A stretch of 64,000 nt of DNA from an uncultured Chloroflexia bacterium (lineage in GTDB: Bacteria > Chloroflexota > Dehalococcoidia > UBA2979): the NCBI GenBank assembly GCA_963728205.1, contig CAVSIV010000006.1, forward strand, positions 128,001-192,000, written 5' to 3'. This document shows positions 60,623 through 64,000 of the stretch, piece by piece (positions within the stretch are counted from its first letter, which is position 1; every line of letters begins with the position of its first letter). Both the position numbers and the translations under genes were made by a program. A model generated the notes under the pieces. That model did not search any database and was not told the origin of the DNA. It saw only the letters and a program-made list of their open reading frames with translations.

Positions 60623-61759
60623 ATGGCCATCGAGACTCGCCCCGACCAGCAATCGGACAGCGCGCCAAACCCGTTCGAAGCGCTGATGGCCTACGGCCGT
60701 GAGCGGGGCTACAAGCTCGACTGGCTCCGCCCGGGCGAGACGTTCGGCAGCCGCCTCGAGACCGGCGCCGGCACCGGCGGGCTGCTCCTGCAGGACGTGG
60801 ACCGCGGCCCCTACGGCCAGGTCCCGGAGTGGAGCGACAACCAGACGGGCCGCCCGCGTGGCGCGATCGCGCGACCGACGGCGCCGAAGGTCGGCAACTA
60901 CTCCGTGCGCACGAAGGCCGACATCTGGCTGCGCAACGGCGCGCAGCTCTACGAGGAGGCCGTGCAGCGGCAGTGGTCGTCCGCCGTCGACATCCCGTGG
61001 GAGACGCTCGAGGAGCTGCCCGATGAGATCGAGCGCGCCGAGTGCCAGCTCACGACGTTCCTCACCGAGGTCGAGTTCGTCGCCGGCGACGTCCCCGGCA
61101 AGTGGATCTCCGAGACGTCCCCCGACTACTACGAGCCGCGCATGTACCTGATCACGCAGATCATGGACGAGGCGCGCCACCTCGACGTCTTCCGCAAGCG
61201 CGCCTTCGCCAACGGCGGCGGGCTGCTGGAGCAGGTCAGGACGTCGACGGGCGGCGGCGGCGTGATCGACTCGGCGCGCGACTTCACGGAGATGTCGGCC
61301 CGCCTGCACATCTCGGGCGAGGGCTCGGTGCTGTCGCTGTTCCGCATGGGCGAGCGCATGTCGTACAACGACGCGGAGAAGGCGATCTACCGCCTGGCGG
61401 CGTCGGACGAGTCGCGCCACGTCGCGTTCGGCGTGATGCACCTGCAGTACCTCGCGCAGACCGACCCGGAGCGCAAGGAAGAGATCCACGGCTACCTCGA
61501 CGAGATCGAGATGGCGCTCGCCGCGGCAAGCGACTCGCAGAACCCCGCGGCGCGCGGCACGGTGTCGAACACCGCGCTGTCGATCCTGCTCGGCGGCGGC
61601 GCCGACGCGACGTCGATCCACGAGGGCAACCAGATCCTGCTCGCGGTGCGCCAGCGGCAGGTGAAGGAGTACATCCAGCGCATGAAGGTCGCCGGCTTCG
61701 GCGACCGCTTCGAGAACGGCCGCGCCAACCCGGCGCTGCAGCAGTACCTGTCCGCGTAG
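60623..61759 (+). CDS. Ferritin-like diiron protein (putative oxygenase)
   Basis: LYEEAVQRQW..DIPW, E..DEARH and E..DESRH diiron motifs. Confidence 0.82.
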   Translation: MAIETRPDQQSDSAPNPFEALMAYGRERGYKLDWLRPGETFGSRLETGAGTGGLLLQDVDRGPYGQVPEWSDNQTGRPRGAIARPTAPKVGNYSVRTKADIWLRNGAQLYEEAVQRQWSSAVDIPWETLEELPDEIERAECQLTTFLTEVEFVAGDVPGKWISETSPDYYEPRMYLITQIMDEARHLDVFRKRAFANGGGLLEQVRTSTGGGGVIDSARDFTEMSARLHISGEGSVLSLFRMGERMSYNDAEKAIYRLAASDESRHVAFGVMHLQYLAQTDPERKEEIHGYLDEIEMALAAASDSQNPAARGTVSNTALSILLGGGADATSIHEGNQILLAVRQRQVKEYIQRMKVAGFGDRFENGRANPALQQYLSA

Positions 61760-61801
61760 GCGCGCGGCGGGCGTCGGGCCTGCCGCGCCGCGTCCCCGAG
61801 C

Positions 61802-61835
61802 CGCCCCCGCTCGTGACGAGCGGGGGCGTTGCTTT
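61802..61835. terminator. Probable intrinsic terminator between convergent genes
   Basis: CGCCCCCGCTCG-TGA-CGAGCGGGGGCG followed by TTGCTTT. Confidence 0.6.
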
Positions 61836-61880
61836 ACCCGGCTCGGACCGGTCACGCGCGCGCCGGGCGGCGCGCGCGCC

Positions 61881-62369
61881 TTACGCGCCGGCGCGCCGCT
61901 CCAGCAGCAGGTCCTTGATCAGCATCAGCTCGCCGAGGTGCTCCGCCGCGTGCGCGAGCGCCGACACGATCGCGGCGCGGCGCGCGATCTCGACCGCCGG
62001 CGCGAGCCCCGCGAGCGACTGCGCCGGCACCACCACCTCGTCCAGCCGCGCCGGCGCCAGCGTCGCGAGCGCGCCGTCGATCTCCGCCGCGAGCGCGCGC
62101 AGCCCCGCCGTCAGCACCGGTGCCGCGACGCCGTGCGACGCGAACTCCGCCGCGCGGTCGCGCGTCGCGTCGCGCCCGCAGCCGATGCCGAGCACCCACG
62201 CGCGCACCGCCCCGACCACGTGCGCCACGATCGTGTTCGCGCTGTTGCCGCCCCCCAGCACGCGGGCGTCGAGCGTGCCCGGCGGGAACTCGTCGATCTG
62301 CGCGGCGAAGCGGTCGAGCAGGATCCGCAGGCGCGCTGCCAGCACCGCGCGCTCGTCGACCGGTGGCAT
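61881..62369 (-). CDS. DinB/DUF664-like protein
   Basis: NSANTIVAHVVG...W, RDRAAEF, HAAEHLGE (three-His site); AGGAGG RBS. Confidence 0.8.
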   Translation of the reverse strand: MPPVDERAVLAARLRILLDRFAAQIDEFPPGTLDARVLGGGNSANTIVAHVVGAVRAWVLGIGCGRDATRDRAAEFASHGVAAPVLTAGLRALAAEIDGALATLAPARLDEVVVPAQSLAGLAPAVEIARRAAIVSALAHAAEHLGELMLIKDLLLERRAGA

Positions 62370-62578
62370 GCGCCCCTCCTTCGCCCCGGGCACGCCCCGG
62401 GAGGTGCGGTAGTGTCGGGCAGCGGGGAGGGCGGCGCAACGACGGCCGGCCGACCCCCGACGGGGCGGCGCGGACGGGCGCCGCCGTCGCGCGACCGCCG
62501 GGCCCCCCGCATACTGGCCGGGCGGCCAGCGCCGCACGCATCCGGCGCCCGGCCGCCGGCCGCGAAACGCGAGGACCG

Positions 62579-63421
62579 ATGCCACGCGAGCCCGGCTCCG
62601 ACGACGCGACCGTCCTCGCCTACCTGCGCCGGCGCTGGCGACACCGCCTCGACGCCACCACCATCCCGCAGGCTCAGCGGGCGCTCGCGCTCCCGCCGGG
62701 CACCGCCCAGCGCCTGCGCCTCCACGACCACCTCGCCGCCCACCCCGCCGCCCTGCGCACGCTGCGCACCTACGGCGAGTCGCCGCTCTCGCTCACGCTC
62801 ACCGACGACGAGAAGCTCCTCGCCCGCCGCGTGCTCGCGGGCGCCACGCCGGCCGCCGCCGCGCACGACCTCGGCCTGCCGCCCGACACGCGGCGCGCGG
62901 CGCGGCGCGTGCTCCGCCACGCCGGCATCCTCCGCGACGACCGGCCCGCCCCCGGGGCGGACGGCGTCGTCGACGGCGTCGGCCTCAACTTCCACACGAT
63001 CCGCATCGAGGGCGAGTCGACCTTCGGCGTGCACTGAGCGGTCGACTTCCTGCTGTTGGTCAACAGCGAGTACCCCGGCCGCCACCTGAGCATCGAGGAC
63101 GCCTGCGCGCAGTCGCACCGCCGGATGCGCGTCGACGTGTACGACGGCGAGATCGTCGCCACCGACCCGGCGTCGCTCTACCTGCTGCGCGGCGGCACCT
63201 GAGGCACGAACAACCTCTTCTGGTCAGAGGAGCACGCCCGGTCCTGGCTCCAGTCGCACCCCGACGCGCACAGCGAGGGCGCGCGCCTCGCGACCTACTA
63301 CGCGGCGATGCGCGACGCGCGCATCACCCTGCGCAACGTCGAGGACCTGCGCGCCGACTCCGAGACGTACCGCCGCCGCATCCGGCGCGCGCTGCGGCGC
63401 CTCGGGGACGCGACCCCGTAG
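62579..63421 (+). CDS. MerB-like organometal lyase with two putative selenocysteines (U153, U208)
   Basis: GAGGA RBS and ATG; in-frame TGA at 63035 (H-U-A-V-D, matching MerB CxxD) and 63200 (U-GTNNLFWSEEHARSW); Cys176 retained; TAG at 63419. Confidence 0.85.
63038..63082 (+). promoter_or_regulatory. Putative bacterial SECIS element 1
   Basis: Upper stem GCTGTT-GGTC-AACAGC (63052-63067); lower stem GCGGTCG/CGGCCGC directly after the UGA. Confidence 0.75.
63203..63238 (+). promoter_or_regulatory. Putative bacterial SECIS element 2
   Basis: CTCTTCT-GGTC-AGAGGAG (63215-63232); same GGUC loop, 20 nt after the UGA. Confidence 0.75.
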
Positions 63422-63526
63422 CGCGGGGTTCGTGGTTCGATTGCGCTCACCCCGAACGGCCACGGCCGGCGACGGATGCCCGCGAGCCGCTCCGTTCGCG
63501 CCGAGCGCAGTCGAACCGCGGGCCCG

Positions 63527-64000
63527 TCACGCCGGCTGCGCCAGCGCGTCGTCCTGCACCGGCGGCGAGCGGAAGCGGCCCGCGACGTAGTCGACGCCCA
63601 GCGCCAGCGCGAGCAGCACGAACGGCGCCGCGCCAATCACCCCGCGCGCGCCCACCGCTCGCGCCGCCGCGCCGAGCACCAGCAGCGGCACGATCGCCAG
63701 CCCGTCCTTCAGCATCCCCATCACCGCGAACACCCGGCCCTGCAGCGCCGCCGGCACCGCGCGCCCCACGTACGTCTGCGCCGCCGCTGCCGCCAGCGTG
63801 ATGCCGAACCCCAGCGGGATCGAGAGCAGCGCCGCCACCTCGAGCTCGTGCGTGATGCCCGGCCAGTCCTCCACCAGCCACGGCAGCAGGTGCTGCGTCA
63901 GCGGCTGCACCGCCCCCAGCCCCACCATCGCCGCCGCCGCCAGCGAGAAGCCCACCGCCGCCGTCATGCGCTCGCCGGCCAGCGCGATCGCCTTCGGCGC
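63527..64000 (-). CDS. MFS transporter, 3' part (truncated by the window edge)
   Basis: AAQTYVGRAVPAALQGRVFA motif and hydrophobic helices. Confidence 0.8.
   Translation of the reverse strand, partial: APKAIALAGERMTAAVGFSLAAAAMVGLGAVQPLTQHLLPWLVEDWPGITHELEVAALLSIPLGFGITLAAAAAQTYVGRAVPAALQGRVFAVMGMLKDGLAIVPLLVLGAAARAVGARGVIGAAPFVLLALALGVDYVAGRFRSPPVQDDALAQPA

Noticed and set aside
62579-63421. Pseudogene, or UGA=Trp/Gly genetic code
   Set aside because: TGA is a normal stop in many genes here; both TGAs sit at catalytic Cys positions and are followed by matching hairpins.

Overview
Very GC-rich bacterial DNA (about three-quarters G+C by eye). The Tat-lipoprotein family-5 solute-binding proteins, LLM oxidoreductase, CaiB transferase and AhbC/D suggest Chloroflexota (Dehalococcoidia-like); this is inference. 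The window holds about 55 mostly housekeeping or accessory genes: a hemerythrin-fused P1B-5 ATPase, an ApbE/MsrQ-like flavinylation cluster with a two-component system, lemA-htpX, a MacAB-like exporter, phoU/ppk2, ahbC/ahbD-like radical SAMs, putA, pip, a Dpp-type ABC system, an ABC-F and a ferritin-like diiron protein. Several genes carry single-base frameshifts that look like long-read errors. Most notable signals: (1) a MerB (organomercurial lyase)-like gene at 62579-63421, missed by the ORF track, in which both catalytic Cys positions are in-frame TGA, each followed by a SECIS-like hairpin with a GGUC loop, i.e. a probable two-selenocysteine lyase; (2) a second small candidate selenoprotein at 30571-30786 (-); (3) an intact IS200-type TnpA homologue lacking its HuH and catalytic Tyr residues, followed directly by a 114/82-bp tandem array whose hairpins show compensatory changes; (4) a dispersed REP-like palindrome family that also forms a 58-bp tandem array. 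No rRNA, tRNA or CRISPR array was recognised.
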